64,000 bases of DNA from Massalongia carnosa (taxonomy: Eukaryota). Position 1 is the stretch's first letter. Each line of letters starts with the position of its first letter. The position numbers and the translations under genes are program-made. Below the pieces are notes generated by a model. That model was not told the DNA's origin, searched no databases, and worked only from the letters and a program-made list of their open reading frames with translations. Shown here in pieces: positions 54,795 to 64,000 of the stretch. Where the stretch lies: contig OZ287073.1 in assembly GCA_965645245.1 (NCBI GenBank), positions 2,046,001 to 2,110,000 on the forward strand, read 5' to 3'.

Positions 54795-57424
54795 AAATGG
54801 TTGAAATAAAAAGGTGTAGTTTGATAAACACACCTGACTTATGTACATACTACGCCCATTCTGGAAGTTCTTTATCTGTTATTGATTTAACATTTGCAAA
54901 TTCTAAAATCGAAAATGCAATTACAAATTGGTCAATCGATGAAAACGCAGTCACAGGTTCTGATCATGAAGTCATCCGATTTGAACTAATCGCATCTTTC
55001 AAAAATTTGACGTCACATGCAACCGTATTATCGAATAAATACAATTGCAATAAAGCCTATATGAATAAATTCGCGAGGTATATAGACGAAAATTCAACCA
55101 TCTACGAATCGCAAGTTCAAAGTTTATTGAATAATCATCAATTCGACGAATCAGCGACATATTTGCAAAACATTATCAAAAACGCGGCTGAAATGTTTAT
55201 TCCGAAAACGAAAATTTTCGCAAAATCGAAAAATTGGTGGTCGCAAGCTTTAACTGAACTTCTAAAAACCATGTGCGGATATCGTCGAGAATGGAAGAAT
55301 TATCTGTCCTATTTTAGTCATCGGACGTTTAAACATAGTCGAATCGAGTATTTTCGTGCAATTCGAAAAGCAAAACAACAAACATTGTTGACTTATCTAG
55401 AAAATGCAGCGAATAAAGATGTATTTACCGCGTATAAATATACTAAACCGCGCATGTTCGAAAAAATAACCCCGATTCTACATGAAAACAAGCTAAATGT
55501 TCAGTTTGATGACAAATGTGATGCATTTGTGTCAGCATTGTACTCAAAAAACCCATTTATTGACGATAATGTGGAAGATTTATCAAATCAGGACAGGGAA
55601 AATGATGATAATTGGCCAGATTTGACCGAAAACGAGTTGAAAAATGCAATTAGTTTATTTAATCCGAAGAAAGTATGTGGACCTGATGCAATCAATTTTA
55701 CAATTGTTCAAAAAGTTTCAATCGTTGAAAAAGGTGTTTTTCATGATTTATTAGAAGTTTATTAGAATCGGTTATCACCCGTTATGCTGGTGGACAGGAC
55801 TCGATGCGTTTCTGAAAAAACCTAATATATCAGACTATTCGTTTCCAAAATCATATCGAATTATCACATTACTAAATTGTCTTGGTAAAATTGCTGAGAA
55901 AATCGTTGCAAATCGACTAGCCTACTTCGGCGAAAATTGAATTTACTCGATATCGAACAGATGGGCGGACGCCAAAATCATTCTGCAATTGACGCAGTAA
56001 TGAACGTTGTTCATGATAATGAATTGCAAATAGAAATAAAAACGTCTTATCATGTTTATTACTCGATGTCAAAGGCGCATTTGACTTTGTCTGGATTAAT
56101 CAACTGATAAATTTTATTAAAAAGCTGAAATTATCTCGCATAATAATTCAATGGGTCAAGCATTTCATGACAAAACGATCGATCAATTTGATATTTGCTG
56201 AAAATAAAAGCAAAACATATTATGTCGAATCGGGAATTCCACAAGGCTCACCAATCTCGCCTATTCTATTTCTGATTTACATTCGTCACTTCTTCCGAAA
56301 ATACGAATGAAATTCAATGCATATTCTCCCAGTTTTATTGTCGATGTTGCAATATATGTCGAAAATAAAACTGCAAAACAGAATTGCAAAGAAATCGAAA
56401 TCATAGTCAAAACGGCCTATGATTGGGCCGCATCGAATAATGTCAAATTTGATGACGATAAATCCGAGCTGATTCACTTCGAAAAGACAAGAACGAAAAG
56501 ACAAGAAAAGTATCGAAAGACACATTAGAATTGCCAAACGGGACAGTACTAGAACCGAAAATCAAGTCAAATGGTTGGGCGTCTGGTTAGACCGAAAACT
56601 AAATTTCAAAAAACACGTCGAAACGCGGATCTCTTCTGGGAATCGATCGTTTTTTGCAATTCAGAATTTGATGAAATCCGAATGGGGTCTGAAACCTACC
56701 GCATGCAGGCAGCTCTATTTGTCATGCATTGTTCCTATTTCGGACTACGGCTCAGAAATTTGGTATAATTGTCAAAAGAAATATGAAAAACTATTTCAGA
56801 ACCTACAAAATCAAATGATTCGAAAGATTTTAGGAACTTGCAAAACCACACCTATTCAGGAGATTGAAATTTAATCACATGTTTTACAAGTTAAACTTCG
56901 ATTATTAATGAAAAATCAAAAATACGCAATTCGATTATTGAAGATTGCCGAAAATAACCCTATTTGTCAAAGAATTCCAAACACATATACGACAAAATTC
57001 GAAAAAATCGGTTTTGACACTAGTTAAGGGAACAACAAATATGCCGATTGGAACGAAGACGAAAACAAACAAATAAACGACATCCTAGTCAGTCAGCTTA
57101 TTCGCGTTCTTCATTCTGTTTCCGACATAGTTCACAAAACTGACGAATTTGAACAATCAAATCATTTTATTAAACCTTGGAAATCGCAGTGCAAAATCGA
57201 ATTTCAAATCGAAAATACAAAGGAATCTGCTAAATCAAGTTGTTATTCGACCTTATCCAAAATTAAATCAATGAACTCCGATAAATCCCGAGTTTTACTT
57301 TATACAGATGGATTAAAAATCGAATTTGCAACTTCTGCAGTCACATTTGCGCCAATTATGAGGAATTGGAGTAATATTATCAATAATTTTGATCAATTTA
57401 TCGAAAAAGATTGTCTGATCAAGT
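54795..57424 (+). pseudogene. Degenerate ORF2 fragment (APE to RNase H) of a diverged copy of the AT-rich LINE
   Basis: SVIDLTF, GSDHEVI, GPDAI, GIPQGSPISP, LYTDG colinear with 58579-62592; many stops and frameshifts. Confidence 0.92.
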
Positions 57425-57917
57425 TGTCACGATTCTACACGGCACGACCTCGGCACTCGGCACCGCCTAGGGCAATCGTAGATGGAACACACAGGCGCTT
57501 TCGATTTCGTTCCCGCAGCTGCTATAAGGTTCCACCACCAACATTCCGACTATCAGCAAAAAGCCAACCCCCAAAACATCGGTACCCTATGTTTTGATAT
57601 ACTGAAACTTTCCCAACTTATTCTCCTCATTCTTCTCATTCATTTGAGCCTACCAGAAGCTAAAACCCATCAGAATTGGGTACAGGAGAGCTCTTCCACT
57701 GCTCCTGCAGAGTTTTCCTCGCGGTCTGTCCGCCCCTTCACCAAAAAGCGCGTCCAAAAAATCTACAAAACACAAAAACACCAACAACAACGTCAAAAAT
57801 CGCTCGATTTTCGATATTTCTTCGGTTTAATTGTCGCATAGATCTCATCTATTATCACAAAAATTATCTACAAAATATCATTACTGTCGCGTAACTGTAC
57901 AACCTGTTCTCGAGACA
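57425..57917 (+). repeat. LTR-like sequence Z (493 bp) followed by a ~430-bp leader
   Basis: TGTCACGA...TCGAGACA termini; TATAAG at ~57523; begins exactly where the LINE ORF2 relic stops; no TSD (CAAGT vs ACAAA). Confidence 0.6.
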
Positions 57918-58578
57918 ACAAAACTTCTGGGTGTTCATTTGAAATTTAAGGTTACCGGTACCGTATACACTATTCCATTTTGGGTTTTTTCGATTTTCGT
58001 TGAAATGCCGACCAACAATCTGCAGGGGAAAAACGTCTGAAATAGGGTTAAACCAAAGGCCCTGTTTCAGGCTAACCAGAATAGGAAGTCTCCTCTCTCT
58101 CATTGTACTTGATTTTATTTCTGGATCAAAAACATTTTTAAAAAAAAAAATTTTCTGTTCTATCGTAAAATTCTTATTATATTCCATATATCTTAGTGTC
58201 AAGGTAAAGAGTTAAATAAGATCTATTGCCTAAGCGAGGAACGGTCTATTTTAACTCTACTAGGATTTATTTGACTTGTTATTGTCAAATAAATAGGGTT
58301 TGGAAAGCAAGAGTCTTTAGACCAGTAAATCGGCGTAAAAACTCTCTTTTTTTTTTATTTATTCATTAAGTGTATTCAACCTAAGGTTATGACACTAAAC
58401 TATTTTAAGATAGGGTTTTATTTTACAAATAAATCAACCCTTTATAACCCAACTATGTATAGTCAATATTGCCCCGTTTTTACTCCGTGTTAGTAACAAC
58501 CTTTAGTAATCGAAATATCGATTTTAAAATTTCTTTTTGTAAAGCTCGTAAATATTCCAGCATAAATCATTTCTAATT

Positions 58579-61500
58579 TTACTGTTCGATCTCTCCCCAA
58601 CCTCCCGTTTCGATATTTTCGTCATCGAGCTGACCTAGCATCCATTTTCTAGTCGCGATTTTGTTATCAACAATAAATTTAATCAAAATATTATTTCCGA
58701 TCCTAGTATTAAACAACATTTTTAAAGTAATTGTGGTATCGATATTTTGTTTCATGTTTAGGATTTCATTTGAATAATGTATGCAATTCATCAATAAGTG
58801 TTCTGGTGTTTGACGTTCGTTGCAGCGCCCTGTGCATTTTGACGAATTATAATCTTTCAATCGGTGCAGATATGATCGAAAATAACCGTGTCCGAATTTC
58901 ATTTGCATAATAGTTGCAAATATTAATTTAGAACAATTATTCGACAGATAATAAAAACTCGATTTGCCCGGCTGCATTTCGAATTTCTCATAGTATTTGC
59001 CTTTTGACTTGCATTGTTGCCATTGATTCGCCCATGTGGCTAACATATTTCGATTTATTTGACCCTTCACATAATCAAATGTTATTATCGAAGACTCGAC
59101 TAGGATTCGACTATGTCCCGCTTTAGCTGCTTTATCTGCAATTTCATTTTCTACGATTTTCGAATGACTAGGAATCCATTGTAGAACCACCTGATAATTA
59201 TTTCCGAATAAGCATTTCGAGAATTTTCGAATTTGTTTTGCGTAAGTATGATTTGTCAAGTTCTGAATTTCGTTTATCGCGTTTATGCTATCGGAAAAAA
59301 TCCAAATCGTTTTTTCCAAATTGAAGAGAATATTCGCAATTGTCAATTTGTATGCCCATGTTATTGCTTGTAGTATCGCATACAGTTCAGCGTTTTTAAC
59401 GCTTGACTGTTTGTTTAATTTCCAGCTTTTCGAAATCGTATGATGTTTGAGGAGACAATCTTTTTCGATAAAACGATAGAAGTTATCGGTGAAATTGTTC
59501 CAATTTCGCGTAATTGGTGCAAATGTGACAGCGGAAGTTGAAAACTCGGTTTTTGATCCATCGGTATAGAGTAAAATTTGCGATTTATCAGCGTTTATTG
59601 ATTGAATTTTTGATAAAGTCGAATAATAACTTGACTTTGCTGTTTCTTTTGATCTTTCGATTTGGAACTTGATTTTACAAGACGGCTTCCATGGTTTGAT
59701 GAAATTATTTACTGATTCGAATTCATCAGTTTTGTGAACTATATCCGAAACGGAATGAAGAATACGGATAAGCTGACTAGGATGAGGTTTACTCGATTTT
59801 TTCTCGTCTTCGTTCCATTCAGCATATCTGTTGTTCCATAAACTAGTGTCAAAACCAATGTTTTCAAATTTCACCGTATAGGTACTGGGAATTCTTTGAC
59901 AAATAGGATTATTTTCGGCAATCTTCAATAATCTAATTGCGTATTTTTGATTTTTCATCAACAATCGTAGCTTGGCTGGTAAAATATGCGATTCAATTTC
60001 CATCGCCTGAACAGGCGTCGTTTTGAATGTGCCTAAAATCTTTCGAATCATTCGATTTTGCAGATTCTGAAATAGCTTTTCATATTTCTTTTGACCGTTA
60101 TACCAGATTTCTGAGCCATAGTCCAAAATAGGAATAATGCATGACAAATAGAGCTGTCTGCATGCAGTTGGCTTTAGTCCCCATTCAGACTTCATCAAAT
60201 TTTGAATTGCGAAAAACGATCGATTTGCAGAAGCAATTCGCGTTTCGACGTGTTTTTTGTAATTTAGTTTTCGGTCTAACCAGACTCCTAACCATTTGAC
60301 AGAATTTTTCGGTTCTAGTATTGTCCCGTTTGGTAATTGCACTTTGTCTTTTGATGCATTTCTTGACTTTTCGAAGTGAATCAACTCAGATTTGTCGTCA
60401 TCAAATTTGACATTATTCGTTGCGGCCCAATCAAAAGCTGTTTTGACGATAATTTCGATTTCTTTGCAATTCTGTGTGGCAGTTTTATTTTCGACATATA
60501 TTGCAACATCGTCTATAAAGCTAGGTGAATGAGCATTGAATTTTATTCGTATTTTCGGAAATAAGTAACGAATATAAATCAGAAATAGAATTGGCGAAAT
60601 TGGTGAACCTTGTGGAATTCCAGATTCGATATAGTACGTTTTGCTTTTGTGTTCATCGAATATCAAATTGATCGATCGTTTTGTCATAAAATGCTTGACC
60701 CATTGAATAACTATGCGAGATAAATGCAGCTTTTTCATGACATTTATCAATTGATTAATCGAAACAAAGTCAAATGCTCCTTTGACATCGAGTAATAGAC
60801 ATGATAAAACGTTTTTGTTTCGGTTTGCGATTTCGATATCATGAACGACGTTCATTACCGCATCGATTGCAGAATGATTTTTCCGTCCGCCCATTTGTTC
60901 GGTATCTAACAAGCTCGAATTTTCGCCGAGGTAGGCTAGTCGATTAGCAACTATTTTCTCCGCAATTTTACCAAGACAATTCAGTAAGGTAACAATTCGA
61001 TATGATTTTGGCAGCGAGTAGTCTGGTTTATTAGGTTTTTTTAAAACAGCACCGAGTCCTGTTCGCCAACATAACGGGTGATAACCGATTTGTATAAATT
61101 TAGAATAAATAGTAAAAAACACGTTTTTCAATGGTTGAAACGATTTTTGAATTATTGTGAAATTGATTGCATCAGGCCCACATGATTTCTTTGGATTAAA
61201 CAAACTAATCGCATTTTGCAATTCATTTTCTGTTAAATTCGGCCAATTGTTGTCATTTTCGCTGTCTTGATTCGTTAAATCTTCAATATTATCGTCAGTG
61301 AACGGGTTTTTTGTGTACATTGCTGATACAAACGCATCGCATTTGTGATCGAATTGAACATTTAACTTATTTTCATATTGAATAGGTGGTATTTTTTCGA
61401 ACATGCGCGGTTTAGTGTATTTATAAGCTGTAAATACGTCTTTATTCGCTGCGTTTTCGAGGAAAGCCAACCAAGTTTGCTGTTTCGCTTTTCGAATTGC

Positions 61501-62592
61501 ATGAAAGTACTCGATTCGACTATGTCTAAATGTTTGATGACTAAAATAGGACGGATTATTCTTCCATTCTCGACGATGTCTACACATGATTTTTCGAAGT
61601 CCGGATAAATCTTGCGACCACCAATTTTTCGATTTTGCGCATATTTTTGTCTTCGGAATAAACATTTCAGCCGCGTTTTTGATAACGTTTTGCAAATATA
61701 ACGCTGATTCATCAAATTGATAATTGTTCAATAGACTTTGTATATGGGACTCGTAGTTTATTGCATTTTCGTCTAGAAACTTCGCGAATTTATCCCAATC
61801 GGCTTTATTGCAGTTGTATTTATTCGATAATGCGGTTGCGTGTGACGTCAAGTTCTTGAAAGACGCGATAAGTTCAAATCGAATAACTTCATGATCTGAA
61901 CCCGTGACTGCGTTTTCATCGATTGACCAATTTGTAATTGCGTTTTCGATTTTAGAATTTGCAAATGTTAAATCAATAATAGATGAAGAATTTCCTGAAT
62001 GAGCAAAAAATGTATATAGATCAGGCGTATTTATCAAACTACATTTGTTTAATTTTAACCATTTGACTAGATTTTCTGATCGAATTGCATTTTGAATCTT
62101 CGAATTCCACCAGCTATGATGTGCATTGAAATCTCCACATATGACAAATTGATCAGTTGATATAGGTTGATATTTAACTAAAAGTCGATCGATTGTATAT
62201 GTTTCTCGATCGTTTAGACTTTTTTCATTGTAAAGGTTAAAGATCTGCACTTTTCGAACTTCATCAATTGTAATTTCGATAATTTGCAGATCAGTATCGT
62301 TTATAAGATCCGTTCTAGGCGTGCATTGTAATTTTAGATTGCATTTTGTAACGAATATAGCTACTCTCGGCCGATAAGTCGCTATTTTCGGCATAATACA
62401 TGTGAATGACGGATGGGAAATTGTTTTTTGATCTCGCGTCCATGGTTCCTGAAATAAAACAATATCAACACGATTTAATACTGCATATTCCAGACACGAA
62501 ATCATTGCATTCGTTGACTTTGCACAATTATGTTGAATAAATTTGACATTTTGTGTATTTTCGATATTTGTCAACGAATGTTGTCCCGCCAT
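58579..62592 (-). CDS. LINE ORF2: AP endonuclease, RT, RNase H, zinc motif
   Basis: IQHNCAKS, FQEPW, GDFNAHH, GSDHE; YRIVTLLNCLGK, GIPQGSPISP, FIDD; LYTDGS, AELYAI, WIPSH..NE.AD; QTPEHLLMNC. Confidence 0.96.
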   Translation of the reverse strand: MAGQHSLTNIENTQNVKFIQHNCAKSTNAMISCLEYAVLNRVDIVLFQEPWTRDQKTISHPSFTCIMPKIATYRPRVAIFVTKCNLKLQCTPRTDLINDTDLQIIEITIDEVRKVQIFNLYNEKSLNDRETYTIDRLLVKYQPISTDQFVICGDFNAHHSWWNSKIQNAIRSENLVKWLKLNKCSLINTPDLYTFFAHSGNSSSIIDLTFANSKIENAITNWSIDENAVTGSDHEVIRFELIASFKNLTSHATALSNKYNCNKADWDKFAKFLDENAINYESHIQSLLNNYQFDESALYLQNVIKNAAEMFIPKTKICAKSKNWWSQDLSGLRKIMCRHRREWKNNPSYFSHQTFRHSRIEYFHAIRKAKQQTWLAFLENAANKDVFTAYKYTKPRMFEKIPPIQYENKLNVQFDHKCDAFVSAMYTKNPFTDDNIEDLTNQDSENDNNWPNLTENELQNAISLFNPKKSCGPDAINFTIIQKSFQPLKNVFFTIYSKFIQIGYHPLCWRTGLGAVLKKPNKPDYSLPKSYRIVTLLNCLGKIAEKIVANRLAYLGENSSLLDTEQMGGRKNHSAIDAVMNVVHDIEIANRNKNVLSCLLLDVKGAFDFVSINQLINVMKKLHLSRIVIQWVKHFMTKRSINLIFDEHKSKTYYIESGIPQGSPISPILFLIYIRYLFPKIRIKFNAHSPSFIDDVAIYVENKTATQNCKEIEIIVKTAFDWAATNNVKFDDDKSELIHFEKSRNASKDKVQLPNGTILEPKNSVKWLGVWLDRKLNYKKHVETRIASANRSFFAIQNLMKSEWGLKPTACRQLYLSCIIPILDYGSEIWYNGQKKYEKLFQNLQNRMIRKILGTFKTTPVQAMEIESHILPAKLRLLMKNQKYAIRLLKIAENNPICQRIPSTYTVKFENIGFDTSLWNNRYAEWNEDEKKSSKPHPSQLIRILHSVSDIVHKTDEFESVNNFIKPWKPSCKIKFQIERSKETAKSSYYSTLSKIQSINADKSQILLYTDGSKTEFSTSAVTFAPITRNWNNFTDNFYRFIEKDCLLKHHTISKSWKLNKQSSVKNAELYAILQAITWAYKLTIANILFNLEKTIWIFSDSINAINEIQNLTNHTYAKQIRKFSKCLFGNNYQVVLQWIPSHSKIVENEIADKAAKAGHSRILVESSIITFDYVKGQINRNMLATWANQWQQCKSKGKYYEKFEMQPGKSSFYYLSNNCSKLIFATIMQMKFGHGYFRSYLHRLKDYNSSKCTGRCNERQTPEHLLMNCIHYSNEILNMKQNIDTTITLKMLFNTRIGNNILIKFIVDNKIATRKWMLGQLDDENIETGGWGEIEQ

Positions 62593-64000
62593 TAACCAAG
62601 CATTAATTCATCATTCGATTTTCTAGGATTTAGCGAGATAAACATTTCGCAACCTATATCGTTCGATTGATGATTTTTGTTGCAATTGACGCATTTCAGA
62701 ATTGCATGTGCGCATGCGATTTTAGACTTGCAGCTTGTGCATTCATGATTATGCGTTTCATGACTTTGTGCGCATATATTGCATTTTGCCGGACTTTTGC
62801 ATTGATAATGCTTATGTCCAAATTTCTGACAATTAATACATTGCGTGTTTGGACGAACGGATGCAAATATTTCCGTGTCACAATGTCTACCCGCGATATT
62901 CACGCCTCTTAACGCGTTTGACGCTTGATTTTGATTATTGAAAGTCAAAACTACCGACGACGTGACTTTGTTTTGACGATCCCGAGCAAGCCATCTTGGT
63001 AAATCGCATAGTTGCATATTCGAATTGTATTTTTCGATTTCGGTTTGCAAATATTGCATGTTATTATCGAATAACGAGATATTTACTCCGTGTGCTATGA
63101 CTTTAAACCAGGATTCGTCTTTTCGAATTCTTTGTGATTCGAAAATGTGTTCCCATGAAGATTTATTTTTCAACAATTCTTCGGCATTGTTGTCAGGGCT
63201 AGTGGTGAGAACGATATTCTGACCAGTTTTGGACTTTTCAACAGTATTGACGATGATGTTTAAATTTGCGTGTTTTAATAGCTCGTTAATTTGATCACGC
63301 AGCTTCATAGAGTCGATTTGAGCGTCAGGATTTTTCGGTGAAATTACGAGTCGTCTGGCCTTGATTGCATCATATCGATCGACTTTGTTCGAATTATGAT
63401 TCGAACTTTTCCTTTGAATAGTAGTCCAACTTTCGGAGTTTTCGGTTGCTTTTCCAAGCATTTGACTCCATGTACCGGTTGTGCTAACATTGTTACCAGA
63501 GACCCCGGTGGCTCCTTTGCGAATGGTCTGATTTTCGATAATTGAATTTTCGTTCAATTTAACAACAGGTTTTTGGATTTTTGGACCATTCTGTAGTGGA
63601 GTCGTTTGTTGTTGTGACGTTTTTGAGGAAAGATGACTAGTTTGATCAAGTACTATGCCCATTTTATAGTTAATTATATCTAAGGATGTTTGTAAATTGA
63701 TTGATTTTTTCGAAATCAACGAATTAACGTTGTCAATTACGATAGCCGTTTGTGGATTTTGGTCCAGTACAAATGATTGCAATAATGCTTTTTTGGCCGA
63801 CTTTAGAAGCTCAATTGAATTTGCCCGATTGATCGCTTCTTGGCTATCTCTCGAATGTTCGTCAAATGTGCGTCTTTTATTTCGTTTGATTGGTGGGCTT
63901 GATCCAATATTTAAGTTCAATGAAGGCATCGGCAAGATAGTGGAAAATGGACCCGATGGGAATTTCGTTGCCTTTGGTGTCGGTGTGGACGGGGCTGATG
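62592..64000 (-). CDS. LINE ORF1 (Gag-like, zinc knuckles); N-terminus runs off the window
   Basis: CINCQKFGHKHYQC, CNICAQSHETHNH, CVNCNKNH; the copy at 53871 shows about 58 more N-terminal codons. Confidence 0.93.
   Translation of the reverse strand, partial: SAPSTPTPKATKFPSGPFSTILPMPSLNLNIGSSPPIKRNKRRTFDEHSRDSQEAINRANSIELLKSAKKALLQSFVLDQNPQTAIVIDNVNSLISKKSINLQTSLDIINYKMGIVLDQTSHLSSKTSQQQTTPLQNGPKIQKPVVKLNENSIIENQTIRKGATGVSGNNVSTTGTWSQMLGKATENSESWTTIQRKSSNHNSNKVDRYDAIKARRLVISPKNPDAQIDSMKLRDQINELLKHANLNIIVNTVEKSKTGQNIVLTTSPDNNAEELLKNKSSWEHIFESQRIRKDESWFKVIAHGVNISLFDNNMQYLQTEIEKYNSNMQLCDLPRWLARDRQNKVTSSVVLTFNNQNQASNALRGVNIAGRHCDTEIFASVRPNTQCINCQKFGHKHYQCKSPAKCNICAQSHETHNHECTSCKSKIACAHAILKCVNCNKNHQSNDIGCEMFISLNPRKSNDELMLG

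Larger units (their letters stand above)
58347..64000 (-). mobile_element. Intact AT-rich Tad-like LINE with poly(A) tail; 5' end beyond the window
   Basis: T10 at 58347-58356 preceded on the minus strand by AATAAA; open ORF1 and ORF2. Confidence 0.96.

Noticed and set aside
1..64000. rRNA, tRNA genes, telomeric repeats
   Set aside because: None recognised by eye; tRNAscan-SE and Rfam searches would be needed to exclude them.

Overview
Eukaryotic DNA, most likely from a filamentous ascomycete (HET domain, NACHT-ankyrin NLR, GT..CTAAC..AG introns, Tad-like LINEs). It is a dense nest of transposable elements with a few host non-self-recognition genes. In order: 3' end of a probable MULE inserted in a Ty3/gypsy chromovirus; a full-length Ty1/copia with mismatched flanks; the 3' end of a short-LTR element; a Tad-like LINE; a NACHT relic; an intact HET-6-like gene; a 17-bp minisatellite; a degenerate gypsy splitting a host gene; an intact Tc1 (DD34E) transposon; an intact three-ORF tyrosine-recombinase (DIRS/Ngaro-type) retrotransposon; a decayed MULE; a hydrolase-NACHT-ankyrin NLR pseudogene with two solo LTRs; an intact sister gypsy; a nested, inverted gypsy cluster; and three pieces of an AT-rich LINE family tied to an LTR-like 5' leader. 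The best leads are the apparent expression signals of the YR retrotransposon (in-frame UAG followed by an 18-bp stem; a phase-matched splice to the ATG-less recombinase) and the LTR-derived LINE leader. No rRNA, tRNA or CRISPR was found. All calls come from reading motifs by eye; no searches were run.
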